NCBI GenBank assembly: GCA_051362555.1
Contig: CM120647.1
Span: 16,158,651 to 16,222,650 of the forward strand
Direction of reading: 5' to 3'
Origin: Lingula anatina
Taxonomy: Eukaryota > Animalia > Brachiopoda
DNA length: 64,000 nucleotides
In this document: positions 27,181 through 40,957 of the stretch, piece after piece
Layout of the letters: every line of letters begins with the position of its first letter
How positions within the stretch are numbered: position 1 is the stretch's first letter
Notes under the pieces: model-generated
Told to the model about the DNA's origin: nothing
Seen by the model: the letters and a program-made list of their open reading frames with translations, nothing else
Database searches by the model: none
Made by a program: the position numbers and the translations under genes

Positions 27181-29040
27181 AAGTGGTTTTTCTTCAGATT
27201 TAATTCTTAAGCATGTTAACAGTCTCATAACGGTACTAATTGGATATGTTAAAGTGTTGTTTTAACATTTTCTGCTTCTTAACAATATTGTTAGTTGATT
27301 ATATAAAAATGACGGTAAACCTATTATCCTGCATTGTGTAATAAAGTATCAAAAATGGAAAGGAACTCATCATTGCAGTTCGTCAGATTCAATCATTCAG
27401 TTTGTTCAGAATCTCCAAATGGAGCTAATTGGACATTATAAATTGTTCTATTGATATTTTTCCTATGTCAACAATTTTCCTAGTTGATCATTTAAAAATG
27501 ACAGTTATGATGGTTTTATGTAAAAAAAGGTGTTGAAAATGGAAAGAAAATCATTTCAGTACAGTTATCTCTTGTTAACATTTTGGCATTTTGAAAGTGT
27601 GACCCTAACTTCCATGTCCTTGGAGACCTTTCCATATCATATTTTCTGAATATCCATGATACTTTTATTTTTTTATAAAAAATTTGATGGTCATTATGCT
27701 GTTAAGTATTATGTTATATTGCATGAAAGTTAAAGAAAACCCTATTTTGGACACTGCTGCCAGGATAGCGATTAAGGGAAAACCATGTTACTTATGATAA
27801 TCAACCTTACTGAAAAGAGTGAAGTGCAGCTTGTGTTGGAAAACCATCGTAATTGTTTTCTGTTTTGAAAGCAATGCAGTACAGTGCTATTTGGTGCAAT
27901 AAATGTATATGGATAGTAGGCAGTTAATTCAGGGTTATAAAATAATTTGCTTAATTGATTTTCAAGTTATTTCAGGGTTATAAAATAATTTGCTTAATTA
28001 ATTTTCAAGTGGGTATTAAATGAGATTACATAAACACACATTGAGATTTCATTGTAAAGTCCCATCGGTTTAGCTTTCTTAACTGTGTCACATAATTAGG
28101 AATCGATGATTATTATGCAGGTAAATGTTATTTAATATGGAAAATAAGTTTACAAAAAAAAATTTGTGTAACGCTTACATTAATGCTAAAGATGAATAAC
28201 AGTGCCTTATTATTCTCAAACTCAATAGGGTTATTCATATCATGTTAGTAATTGTACAGCTAGATTAAAAGTTTGAATAGCAGCTTTATTGGTATTTTTT
28301 GTTATGTTTTATTTTACATTTTCTTTTAATTTTTTTATGCTGTTTTTTCACTTTTTTCAACATATATGCAACATTAATAACACAATATAAGAAAAACAGC
28401 TTAGCCAATTGTCATTATACTCACAGGAGTGGTCAATCTTACAAAAATGCAGGTTGAGTTCGAAAATCAGTGTTATCGGGCCATTATTTTAGAAGTTGTA
28501 CTGTTTTTTCAAATTTCCTCAGATTCAATTCTTAGGCATGTTAACAGTCTCATTATTGAACTAATAAGATACGTAAAAGTGTGTGTTTGATATTTCCTGC
28601 ATCTTTACAACATTGTTAGTTGATTATGTAAAAATGATGGTAAACTTGTTATCATGTATTGTGTAATCAAGTGTCCAAAACGGAAATAAACTCATATCAT
28701 TGCAGTTTGTCAGATTCAATCATCCACATCTGCCATGATGACCATGATGGGAAAACCGTGTTCATTATGATTGTCAAACTTTCAAAAAAGAAACACAGGA
28801 CTAAAATGCAGCCCAAGTTGGAAAAGCAGTCTAATGGGCTTCTTTTTCTGGAAGTTATTCATTTTAGTGAAATATTCATTATCTTTTTGGCATATTCATT
28901 GTGGGACTCGGAGCTCCCATGGACATGAAGCCGGATGGTAATCAAATTTTCTACATGTTCATGCTATTTATAGTCAATAATCAAAAATTGGTGATAATTA
29001 TTCTATAATTTATTATGTAATGTTACATCAAAATTGAAGA

Positions 29041-31720
29041 AACATGGGACTAAAATACAGCTTCAGTAGGCAATGCAGTCTGGTAATTTTTTCTGGCAGT
29101 TAAACAGTTTTTTTGTGAAAATTTAATTTTTCACATATTGGCATTTTCAAGGTGTGACTTTGAAGTTCTATGATCCTGAAGACCTTTGCTTGTCACATTT
29201 TCTGAATGTCCATGTTACTAATATTCTATTATTAAAAATTGATGGTCATTATGCTGTTAAACATTATGTAATATTGCATCAAAATTTGAAGAAACCCCTA
29301 TTTTGGGCACTGCTCCCATGATGACCATTTAAGGAAAATCATGTCACTTACTGTTCTCAAACTTACAGGAAAGAAACATGGGACTAAAATACAGCTTCAG
29401 TAGGCAATGCAGTCTGTTTGGTAATTTTTTCTGGCAGTTAAACAGTTTTTTGTGAAAATTTAATTTTTCACATATTGGCATTTTCAAGGTGTGACTTTGA
29501 AGTTCTATGATCCTGAAGACCTTTGCTTGTCACATTTTCTGAATGTCCATGTTACTAATATTCTATTATTAAAAATTGATGGTCATTATGCTGTTAAACA
29601 TTATGTAATATTGCATCAAAATTTGAAGAAACCCCTATTTTGGGCACTGCTCCCATGATGACCATTTAAGGAAAATCATGTCACTCACTGTTCTCAAACT
29701 TACAGGAAAGAAACATGGGACTAAAATACAGCTTCAGTAGGCAATGCAGTCTGGTAATTTTTTCTGGCAGTTAAACAGTTTTTTGTGAAAATTTAATTTT
29801 TCACATATTGGCATTTTCAAGGTGTGACTTTGAAGTTCTATGATCCTGAAGACCTTTGCTTGTCACATTTTCTGAATGTCCATGTTACTAATATTCTATT
29901 ATTAAAAATTGATGGTCATTATGCTGTTAAACATTATGTAATATTGCATCAAAATTTGAAGAAACCCCTATTTTGGGCACTGCTCCCATGATGACCATTT
30001 AAGGAAAATCATGTCACTTACTGTTCTCAAACTTACAGGAAAGAAACATGGGACTAAAATACAGCTTCAGTAGGCAATGCAGTCTGTTTGGTAATTTTTT
30101 CTGGCAGTTAAACAGTTTTTTGTGAAAATTTAATTTTTCACATATTGGCATTTTCAAGGTGTGACTTTGAAGTTCTATGATCCTGAAGACCTTTGCTTGT
30201 CACATTTTCTGAATGTCCATGTTACTAATATTCTATTATTAAAAATTGATGGTCATTATGCTGTTAAACATTATGTAATATTGCATCAAAATTTGAAGAA
30301 ACCCCTATTTTGGGCACTGCTCCCATGATGACCATTTAAGGAAAATCATGTCACTCACTGTTCTCAAACTTACAGGAAAGAAACATGGGACTAAAATACA
30401 GCTTCAGTAGGCAATGCAGTCTGGTAATTTTTTCTGGCAGTTAAACAGTTTTTTGTGAAAATTTAATTTTTCACATATTGGCATTTTCAAGGTGTGACTT
30501 TGAAGTTCTATGATCCTGAAGACCTTTGCTTGTCACATTTTCTGAATGTCCATGTTACTAATATTCTATTATTAAAAATTGATGGTCATTATGCTGTTAA
30601 ACATTATGTAATATTGCATCAAAATTTGAAGAAACCCCTATTTTGGGCACTGCTCCCATGATGACCATTTAAGGAAAATCATGTCACTTACTGTTCTCAA
30701 ACTTACAGGAAAGAAACATGGGACTAAAATACAGCTTCAGTAGGCAATGCAGTCTGTTTGGTAATTTTTTCTGGCAGTTAAACAGTTTTTTGTGAAAATT
30801 TAATTTTTCACATATTGGCATTTTCAAGGTGTGACTTTGAAGTTCTATGATCCTGAAGACCTTTGCTTGTCACATTTTCTGAATGTCCATGTTACTAATA
30901 TTCTATTATTAAAAATTGATGGTCATTATGCTGTTAAACATTATGTAATATTGCATCAAAATTTGAAGAAACCCCTATTTTGGGCACTGCTCCCATGATG
31001 ACCATTTAAGGAAAATCATGTCACTCACTGTTCTCAAACTTACAGGAAAGAAACATGGGACTAAAATACAGCTTCAGTAGGCAGTGCAGTCTGTTTGGTA
31101 ATTTTTTCTGGCAGTTAAACAGTTTTTTGTGAAAATTTAATTTTTCACATATTGGCATTTTCAAGGTGTGACTTTGAAGTTCTATGATCCTGAAGACCTT
31201 TGCTTGTCACATTTTCTGAATGTCCATGTTACTAATATTCTATTATTAAAAATTGATGGTCATTATGCTGTTAAACATTATGTAATATTGCATCAAAATT
31301 TGAAGAAACCCCTATTTTGGGCACTGCTCCCATGATGAGCACTTAAGGAAAATCATGTCACTTACTGTTCTCAAACTTACAGGAAAGAAACATGGGACTA
31401 AAATACAGCTTCAGTAGGAAATTTAGTCTGTTTGGTAAATTTTTCTGGCAGTTAAACAGTTTTTTGTGAAAATTTAATTTTTCACATATTGGCATTTTCA
31501 AGGTGTGACTTAGAACCTCCACGGGCTTGAAGACCCATGCTAGTCACATTTTCTAAAAATCCATGATACGTATATATTATTATTAAAAATTGATGGTCAT
31601 TATGCTGTTAAGCATTATGTAATGTTGCATCAAAATAGAAGAAAACACAATTTTTGGTGCTGCTGCCATGATGACCATTATGGGAAAACCGTGTTACTTA
31701 TGACTGTCAAACTTTCAAAA
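29041..31720. repeat. Tandem satellite with alternating 333/337-bp monomers (670-bp higher-order repeat)
   Basis: aacatgggactaaaatacagc at 29041, 29375, 29712, 30045, 30382, 30715, 31052, 31389. Confidence 0.95.
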
Positions 31721-32587
31721 AAGAAACACAGGACTAAAATGCAGCCTGAGTTGGAAAAGCAGTCTAATTGGCTTCTTTTTCTGGAAGTTGTACATTTTAG
31801 TGAAAAATTCATTATTATCGTGTTGGCATATTGATTGTGGGACTCGGAGCTCCCATGGACATGAAGCCGAATAGTAATCAAATTTTCTAAATGCCCATGC
31901 TATTTATAGTCAATAATAAAAAATTGGTGATAGTTATTATATAATTTATTATGTAATGTTACATCAAAATTGACAATAATCTTTTTGCACTGCTACTGCA
32001 AACATTATGAAAAGAAAACTGTGTTACTTATTATTATTTTTAACTTACAAGTATGATTTTTAGGATTGGCATGCAGTTCAAATTAGAAAGCCAGCTCAAT
32101 TGGGTTATCTTTTATCATTGAATTCATGCAATTTTGTGTGAAATTTTCATTTTTCTCATTCTGGCACTTTCAAAGTATAAACTTGAACTCTGATGGGCCT
32201 GAAGCCTTATGCTTTTACTTTCGTTGGTGTTACCTGTTGTGCATAATTAAAATTTGATGTTGACTGTGCAGTTAAACATAATGTATTATTGCATCAGAAT
32301 TGGTAGTCTCCTATTTTGTTCATTATTGTTATGTGCTTTTCTTAAGATGTGACTTATGGGCCTGAAAGATCTTTGAGAGGGTCAGTCTGTAAATTTCCCT
32401 TGGGTATCACTTAGCTAAGTTCAGAGTTATAAAGTCATTAATAGGCCATTAAATGAGATTACATAAAGCACACTTGTTGATATTTCCCTGTAAACTCCCA
32501 AAGGTTAAGCTCTCTGCTAGATTAATAATAAGTAAGCAGTGATAATTATGCAGGTAAATTTTGTTTAATATTGCAAATAAGTTTTTA

Positions 32588-32651
<64 letters not shown>

Positions 32652-32687
32652 CAAAAAAGTTGGAATGGCAGCATCATTGGAATTATA

Positions 32688-32912
32688 TTTACCTCTGCCA
32701 AGGAGGTTATATTTTCACCCCTGTTTGTCTGTCATCAACATAACTCAAAAAGTTAAGGTCCGATTTTGATGAAATTTTCAGGAACTGTCAGAAGTGGGCA
32801 AGGAGGACAATGATTAGTTTTTGGTGGTGGTCCGGATCAATAATCAATCAATAATAATCAACAATTGCTGTCTTGGCAGAGGTCTGCACTCTTGGAGTGC
32901 TTTTCTAGTTTT
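32688..32912 (+). mobile_element. Short HINE-type element nested in the larger one
   Basis: acctctgccaaggaggttat start, GTTT/GTCT microsatellite, 3' cttggcagaggt followed by hairpin gcactc-ttg-gagtgc and ttttctagtt. Confidence 0.8.
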
Positions 32913-33628
32913 GTTATGTTTTCCTTTTTAATTTTTTCTCAAACACTGGCATTTGTGACTTTAAACTCTCATCTGCCTGAGGCTCTGCACATTTTCTATA
33001 TTTCCACATAAGCAGCTGTATTGTTTTTTTTGTCTTTAAACATTATGTAATATTATTTTATGCACTGTCATCATTTTTCAAATATTGAGACTTTCATCAT
33101 GAGAATTTGAACTCTCATGGTCCTGAAACTGTAATCTTACTGAAGGGGTGGATTGAGACCATCTTCTGGGTCTTCCGGAAGACGGTCAGGTTATTAAGTT
33201 TATATTGACTGGTATTTATTTTTTTCTGTTGGAAGACCATAAAAATGGAGGATGGATCAACATAGATACTTTGGAATACTGTCAGAAAATATCTCTGGGT
33301 TCGCTCCTGTTATTGACGATGGTACCTGTTGTGCATGATTAAAATTCAGTGTTGACTGACAGTGCTATTATAAGCATTATTTATTATAGCATCAAAATTG
33401 ACAAAATGACCTATTTTGCATCTTTATTTTCTGTTTTTTGTCTGTACATTTGACAGCTTTGCTGCCTTGTTTTTCTTCATTTAACTGTATATTAGCTTTA
33501 TTCCATTTAATTACTCTCATTTATTTATTTTCAGTTATTGGTTTATTTATCTTTCTATTAATTTTTGTTGATGCTTATGCTGTACAATGTCATGAAATGT
33601 TAAATAATCAGTTTAAAACATTTTCCAG

Positions 33629-33802
33629 TAAATGGGAATTGGGGCGAATGGTCATGCTGTTGGACAGAGTGCAGCGCCAGCTGTGGTTCGGGAACGCGAT
33701 CACGCAGACGACAGTGCAACAATCCAGCGCCATCTGGTGGAGGAAGCGATTGTGTTGGTTCAGATGTTATGACAGAGACATGCAGCGAGATGTCTTGTGG
33801 TG
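33629..33802 (+). CDS. VWA-mucin-TSP1 protein exon 8 (TSP1 repeat 3)
   Basis: NGNWGEWSCCWTECSASCGSGTRSRRRQCNNPAPSGGGSDCVGSDVMTETCSEMSCG; phase 1-1. Confidence 0.93.
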
Positions 33803-34368
33803 GTAACTTTATTTATGAATGTATATGGAATTTGTAAGTAACAGATTTGCATAGATTAACAAGCACATGAAGTGTATCTTATTGCATGAATTCACTGGTT
33901 CTTCGACAAACTGAAGGGGTCTCATCAAGAAATATAAGGGATGGAAACCATTTTATTTTCCATTTTATTATTTTTATTTATAGTAAATGGAAATTGAGAC
34001 GCAAAGGGTTCAACACAACCCTCCATTACTCCATTTCAGTTTTCATCACGTACCGAGTCTATGGAAGAGATACCGTCTAAGACTGACTCTGTGTATTATT
34101 CACAGAGTTTCAAATTAAAACAAATACTCCATATTTGTAGCTAATTCAGGATATCGAAAAGGGGTGACAAACAGCAAAATCCCTTTTTAAATTCAATGAA
34201 AATGATAAGAAGAAGAACTATATGCCTTTTTAACCAAATTCTTTTCATGTGTTGCAATGGGCCTTTCTTATTTGCGAATGCCGGATATATAGAAGAAGTA
34301 ATAAAAATTAAATAGTACATAAAATGTTTTTTCTACCTTCCTCTCAAATCTACTTTCTCGTGTTGTAG

Positions 34369-34533
34369 TGGACGGCGGATGGTCAACATGGGGTCAGTGG
34401 TCAGGTTGTCACCAAGGAACATGTGCCAAGACGCGCAAGCGCGCCTGTGATAACCCAGCGCCATCTAACGGCGGAGAGCCGTGTCCCGGTGTCAGCTGGC
34501 AATTCAAATATTGCCACGCGTTGTGTTGTATGG
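34369..34533 (+). CDS. VWA-mucin-TSP1 protein exon 9 (TSP1 repeat 4)
   Basis: DGGWSTWGQWSGCHQGTCAKTRKRACDNPAPSNGGEPCPGVSWQFKYCHALCCM; phase 1-1. Confidence 0.92.
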
Positions 34534-34727
34534 GTATGTGTAAATGAACTTAATTACAACCTCAATCCCGCACGATTCAGTGTCTTTTGCTCAGGTGCCT
34601 TTCAGTACATGTTAAAATTGACAAACCAAGGCCTACTAGGTTCTTTTACTGAACAAACATTTCCAATATCCCTTTTTCTTTACACATTGTAAATTATTAT
34701 TGCAGATTGTGTCTTTTCTTGTTACAG

Positions 34728-34768
34728 GAGGTGTCGAATATCACACCAGATATGATATACATTGCTAA
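34728..34768 (+). CDS. VWA-mucin-TSP1 protein probable last exon (GGVEYHTRYDIHC*)
   Basis: Strong acceptor tcttttcttgttacag, phase 1, TAA at 34766-34768; AATAAA at 35247. Confidence 0.65.
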
Positions 34769-37593
34769 GCAGAAATGTGACAGCAGTACATACATAGATC
34801 CCACGTTGGGGATAACGACGCAATTTTGAAAAAAAAGTCACATCATGTTTATGGTCTTTTTGGCGCGAAAATTTGGAAATATTTTACTCGGTGTGGTTTG
34901 AGATCTTTTTTCAAAAAGGACATTTTGCCAATATTCGTTATGTAATTTTGACATTTTTTTTACTGCAAGAGGAGCAAGAGGAACTCCTTTTTAGCTGACT
35001 TTCTGCATTTCCTTCTTCTGGAACCAATTAGATGATGCTATACAATGGTTCATCTAGATATTTATAAACTTTTAATCTTGAACAAGAAAAAATCTTAAGA
35101 ATTACTTACGACGACCAGGTTTGAATGTGAATTTTTCTTAATCAATTATGGAAATTTACAAACCAGTGCAAAAAGGAGCATTTGATCAAGCAAGCTTTAC
35201 GCTTTTTATTGTGATTCTGTATATTTGTAAAAAAAGGGTTTCTTTTAATAAAAACAGTTATTTAGTAGAGCAATGCCAGTCTTGACTTCCGTGAATACTG
35301 CTTCATGCTGCTTCATGCTAAGATATATCATTTTAGGTCCACCACCGCATTTGATTTGAAAATAATTGACCTTATATGACTATACTGTGGTACATTTGCT
35401 GATATGCAGTGGCTGGGGGTGTCAAGGGGACCCTGCCCCCCCCCCCCTCGGTTTCTGAAAAAAATCACACCAATCGTCCCTTCTTGAGACTAAAATTTTG
35501 ACTAGCTGAATCATAATTCTAAGCCGTACCAAATGGCACTGTTCGCCCCCTAAAATACCAGTTTTTTCGGGGCCCTTCAGCGGGCTTCGAACCCCACGCC
35601 ATATGGTTGTGCGCAAGAGGTGACGAGTCTTCTCTAACACATTGCACGACACCGAGTATGACACTCGAAGACAATTAGTATTGAATTTTGATGTTGACTT
35701 CTAGTTTTTTAGTCTTCTTTGATGAAACCAAATCATCAGAAAATCTAAAATATATATCAACCGTTTTATGAAAGGTGTGTTTTGTGAAGAGAGTTCCTGC
35801 CATCCATATGTACGTGTATATGCACGTGTAACTCATCATTTCAATGAAGGTCGTCTTCGTTAAAGCATCACTATGCCTAGTGTTTTGTGCACCCAGACAA
35901 AGATGTTTGTCCAAGAGGCGAGATCATTATTCTGTCTAAATCAGGATTCAAACATGCAGTTCATGTTGTTGTCATTGTCTTTCTTTTTATGTACATTTTA
36001 TGTACTCTTTGTTAATTTTCTTTTCTTCATGGGGTGGCAATTTTCACTTCAACAACAAAAGAAACAGTATAAAGGGATCAATTGCTTGGTATTGCAATTT
36101 GTAAACACCTTTTTCACAATAGAAGTGCCTATAGTCATTGATCACGCTTGCCGACATTACATCTCATGCTTGTTATTCAAAATGACATTTCAGGAAAAAA
36201 GACTCTATATATGTGAACTATTTTTGTGCTTTTCTTCAAACCGTTTGAAGTAATAAAACATTCAGTTGTTTTAAGGCCACACGCTCGCTTTCTGTGATAA
36301 GATTTCATTAAACAAGCAATTGCTCACGAGGTACAGAGGTACTTTGTACTGAATTTTTTTATCTCGAATTAATATGCTGGAGTCTACAACAGTTTTCAGG
36401 GTCTTGTTTTCTATGATTAAACTTAAACCCCAAAGTCTGTTTTTAATCACTATTATTATTATTATCTTTTAACGAATAAGTTTATAAAGAAGACAAACAT
36501 GCATGTCAATGCTTTTATCGACCAACCCTGATGATTGCTGCTTAATAACAGTAGACATCTTCTAACTAGTATATAACATTATATTATCTGATTATATAAT
36601 TATAAAATTATTATTGTCTCGAAAAAAATACCCCACAGTGTAGCGACAATCATTATTGCATTCAATAAACGCAATCATTTTGCAAGATACATTTATTCAT
36701 GAAAAGGAATACATGCTCGAATTGCTCTATTTTCTTAAAATCCACATTACATATGTAAATAGAAGCATTTTAAAAGCAAGCAGCAAAACTGTACAGACAT
36801 TAAAGCAAATTATGATGCATAAAATAGTTTTTAATTTGGCAATGATACACAATGCTTAACACAAAATCAACACCACGAACTTCATTTCCTGCATACTCCA
36901 CTATGCCAGTCTGAAAATGGTTATCCTCTAAAAAATTGAAAGCATCAATTTGTGCAGCCTAGCACAAAAGTACAGCTTCCTCATGGTCCCAAAAAATGAA
37001 AACCTTTAAAGAAAAGTCGCAATCTGCTTTACAAAAGGCACAAAAAGAAGATCAGAACTACTATAGAGCAACAACAAAGTCAACACTCTGTTGTAGAGGT
37101 ATAAGAAACACAACTGATAATCACACCACACTGTAACTTATAATTATATAGGCCTATAGCAATAAGTGCAAATGTATATTACATACAATTTATCTGGCAT
37201 GTCATCTTTATTTTATGTATGCATAGGAATAAGTGCATATATACCATACAAACGTACAATTTCTGTGAAGAAATATATGTAACCATTACATAATTCTTAT
37301 ATTTATGTATAGCAATGATATATAACACTGTTCACCTAAAAAAATGAAATTTTGATACATGTATGAAACGGAAACATTAACACCATATTTTTTAATCGCC
37401 ATTACGTTTCTGTTCTCTGGCACCTTTAATTGGTTGACATTTATTATTCAAATTCGTTGTTTTGGAGAAAATGTTTCTTATCTTGACTTCACTTATTCAA
37501 TTTAGAATTGAACTTACAGGTAAAGATAAATAGGATAAAACTGCCTTCTTATACACATGCATCTTGCAAAGGTGAAAAGTTTGTCTTACAATG

Positions 37594-38809
37594 TCAGGCT
37601 TTGTCGTCACCACTTTGTGCTCCGCCGTCTAGTGCTTCAACGTGTGGAGGAGAGGGCAAAGTGGACTTGAGTACTTGGAGTGAGGCGGATTCCAAACGAT
37701 CCAAAATATTGTGAAGCAAATAGTATGCGTCATAATATGAACTGCCTAATTTGAGCAAAAATTCCAATGCCGGCTTTGCTTTTTCCCGGGGATTTCGAAG
37801 ATTTTCTATAAATCTCATCACTCCTTCGAGAGTAAAATTACCCGTCGGTAATTCAATTATTTCACTTGTCGTTGGCTCTGTAGGTCAACGCCAGTTTTCT
37901 GAGAAAGACGTCTTAAAGAATCGTCATCTAGACCCAGCGCGTCTCTATAACTAGTCATTTCTTTGATGAAATAGTCTATAACTTTCTGTGGCATGAAGTG
38001 CTTTAAACCAGATGGGACAAACCCCTGTGCGGTCAAAAAGATTGCCTTTTTCCAAACGCGACTACGAAGTATCTGACACTTAAGTTTGATCAAATCTTCG
38101 GAAAGATTGCTAAGATATAAAGTAAGCACTTCGCGTTTTTCACGGGGCAGTACATGCAGCATATTATGTTCGAGCTTCCGATAATCCCACTGGTCTACAT
38201 GGCAAAGGAGTGTAGATATTAGATAAACACCATCCTTTTGATAGACACCTTCTTTTTGAAGCAGTTTCTCGGCATTATCACGGACTTTTACCAGTAACTG
38301 CTCGGCATCATGTGTCCGCGGGTGTGTTAATTTGTCACTTGATACATTAACATCAATATGTGTCCTGACAATGAAATATTTCTTACCCCAAAGCTGAGCT
38401 TTTTCAGCAAGCCATACATCGTCCTCCAAAATACGGCTTTTGGTAAAGATAAGAAAAAAGTCATATGAACCAAAATTAACTTTTTCTTCATAATTTTCTT
38501 TATTAAATTTGGACGTTCCAACTCCAGGTACGTCCCACAGGGTAACGTTGTTGTTACTTGGATGGCGGTACTCCGTTGGAACCTTAGTTGTCTCCGTTGA
38601 TCCAACCTTAGCTGCACCATCATCATCAGCAGTCCTCGAAATGTGTTCACAAAGACCGATTTCCCTGTACCGGCCATTCTTGTCACTGCAATTTTCACGG
38701 AAACGTTTTCGACTTCTTTTACCTTGTTGGCCGTGAAGTCTGTGATATTTTCGAGACCATTTTGTTCATAGTAAGCTTCAAACTCTTTGAATTCCTCTGG
38801 TTTAAACAT
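37594..38809 (-). pseudogene. IRG/IIGP-like GTPase pseudogene (copy 1)
   Basis: Colinear with the intact copy (AGTGKS, LWDVPGVG, RTHID, RSRVWKKAIFL) but with frameshifts near 38632 and 37880; the 5' end abuts a LINE fragment. Confidence 0.88.
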
Positions 38810-38889
38810 TACACCGCGTTCAGTGTGTTTGTCTTTTGTTCTCGCTTGAATAAGAAGTAGGCACCAGTGTCGTGAACCCATTACCACAC

Positions 38890-39310
38890 GTGAGAAATCT
38901 GGGTGTCTACCTTGATTCCACTCTCGCCATGGATAAACAAATATCAAATATCATTCTTTCGTGTATTTTAACATCAGAAACGTCGGTGCTATTTAACACT
39001 ACCTAGATCAACACTCTGCAGCAACAATTATGCATGTGATGATTACCTCTCGTTAGTACTAATGTAACTCTTTACGCTATTGCTGTACCGATGAACGAAT
39101 AAAAAGACTGCAGCAAATTCAGAAATATTTCAGCGCGGATCTTAACGTACACACCCAGGGAGAGTCCTATTGCTCCTATTTTAAAGCAGTTGCACTGGCT
39201 CCCTGCTCGAGCACGTTTTATTCGAATTCTTTAAATTTATGCATGCAGTTTTTTTATCAGACCACCCCCTTACCTAGTGGAATTAGTTCATCATTAAGCT
39301 ACAAAACGTA
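38890..39310 (+). mobile_element. L2/CR1-group LINE ORF2 C-terminal relic (continues at 40958-41090 after a nested insertion)
   Basis: Degenerate RNLGVYLDSTLAMDKQIS...ITSR...CNSL...RLQQIQ...PILKQLHWLP. Confidence 0.8.
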
Positions 39311-40957
39311 CGGCTGTTTCACAATCAGGGTGAACAATTAAATGCGATTTGAAATTACTTTGAAATCACCTACGTAATAATAAGATGAATTTACCATGTT
39401 ATGACTTAAACATAATAAGGAGTTGTGCATATGTAACCATTATTATTAATGCTATGGTATTTATAATCATGAGCCCCTTGGTGTCTCCTACTTTTTGTAG
39501 TGTCCGTGCCCCCTATCTGTTTTATTTAGGAATCACAGCATATCCTGTTTGATATTATTATTCTATAAAGTCTACATTGACATTTATTTTGCAGGAAGAA
39601 AATAGCACATAACCCCTTATTATGAAAGGATATGCAAGAATTTGGTGCCAAATGTAGTGTCCGTACCCCTACTGTAGTGTACATTAACCATTGGATAACT
39701 GGCTACTTATCAATGATGATAAAACTTCAAAATATGGTGCAAAATATTGTTTTGGTCTATATAAAATGCATTCATGTCTTATGATGTTTAGAAAAAACAT
39801 TGTATATAAATATATATTCGATAAAGTGATACTGATTAATTAGAGTCAGGCAAGAGATTTTGCAAAGAAATAATATCAGTAAAGATGCTACTCTTTGTAT
39901 TCAAAATGAACAATATTGGTTTGAATATATTGCCAAATATAGCTAATTGCAAAGTAATAAACTGTATATGGATTAATATTCTATGGATTAATGTATATGA
40001 TATATTTTGAGGGGGAACGAACACTATAATACATGAATAATTAACAGTACATTTATTATACTCTCGGTGAATGAAGTATCAAATATGGATGACAATAAAC
40101 AAAAAAGCCAAACAGGAAAAGAAAAAGGGATCCTGAAAATTTTACTGTAAGCAAAAAAATTTTTTGAAAAAAAAAGACGTCAAAGAGCTTATATCCGTAC
40201 AGATGCTAATAATCTTGCTGAAGCACGTAAGGAAGACGTAGAATGCACGTAACATAGCATAGAAGCAAAAAAAATGAAGAATCATCCTAGGCTGGCACAG
40301 CAAGAAAGACTAAAGTAAAGAGAAGAAAATAGGGCATACTGACAGAGATTCAAGGAGAAGCAGAAACCCAACAATCCTGAAAACAGTAGAACAAGAGGTG
40401 CAAATTAACGAGAGACGAAAAAGAAGAAAAGACTCCAAAAACAGGAATCAAGACTGAAACCAAAAAAAAATGAATAAATAAAAAAGGTCAAGCAACAGAA
40501 AGAAAAGTTTAAAGTCTGAATGAAAGTCAAACTGAATGACACACAACCAAGCTCCAGCATCCACTGAAAAACGTGCTGTGGTGTTTCTCTAAAAAACTAT
40601 TTGATTAATTCATGTACTTGTATCCTTTTATCCTTTTGGTTAAAGTACTGCTGTTATATCTTTAGTTTGATATTTTTTAGAATTTTGGCAAAAATAACTG
40701 GTAAACAATATGATATTTCAGTTACAAAGCATCAGTTACTTCAATGTGTAGTGTCCGTACCCCCAGATCATAGTCTAAGGGGCGTTTTGTTAATTTGAGC
40801 GTAGCACAAAAAGTAATTAATATTGTGTTCTAAAAATTGTGGATATCATAGTTAAGATGTTATTCTTTTTATCTGTTACAAAATTAAACAAATGCATCAG
40901 AGTTCATTTTTCTCTCAATGTGACCCCTATTTTGTACCCCTGATCGTGAAACAGCCG
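39311..40957. mobile_element. Unclassified TIR DNA transposon relic with 3-bp TSD (GTA), nested in the LINE
   Basis: TIR cggctgtttcacaatcaggg / ccctgatcgtgaaacagccg with GTA on both flanks; internal gtagtgtccgt(a/g)ccc motifs at 39497, 39654, 40748; broken Lys/Arg-rich coding remnant at 40060-40560. Confidence 0.8.

Larger units (their letters stand above)
25779..33474 (+). mobile_element. Helentron-associated (HINE/DINE-1-like) non-autonomous element expanded by internal satellites
   Basis: 5' T-run, palindromic subTIR atgtacagacac-agat-gtgtctgtacat (25784-25811) and GTC/GCC microsatellite; 3' tgtctgtacat (33439-33449), small hairpin gacagc-ttt-gctgcc and T-run. Confidence 0.75.

Noticed and set aside
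25896-31720. CRISPR-like regular repeats
   Set aside because: Contiguous satellite monomers without unique spacers, no cas genes, eukaryotic intron.
28659-31881. Paired similar ORFs at 28659 and 31622
   Set aside because: Chance frames within duplicated satellite-derived sequence.
38810-38947. N-terminal extension of IRG copy 1 in the ORF track
   Set aside because: Reads through unrelated flank and antisense LINE sequence; not homologous to the other copies.
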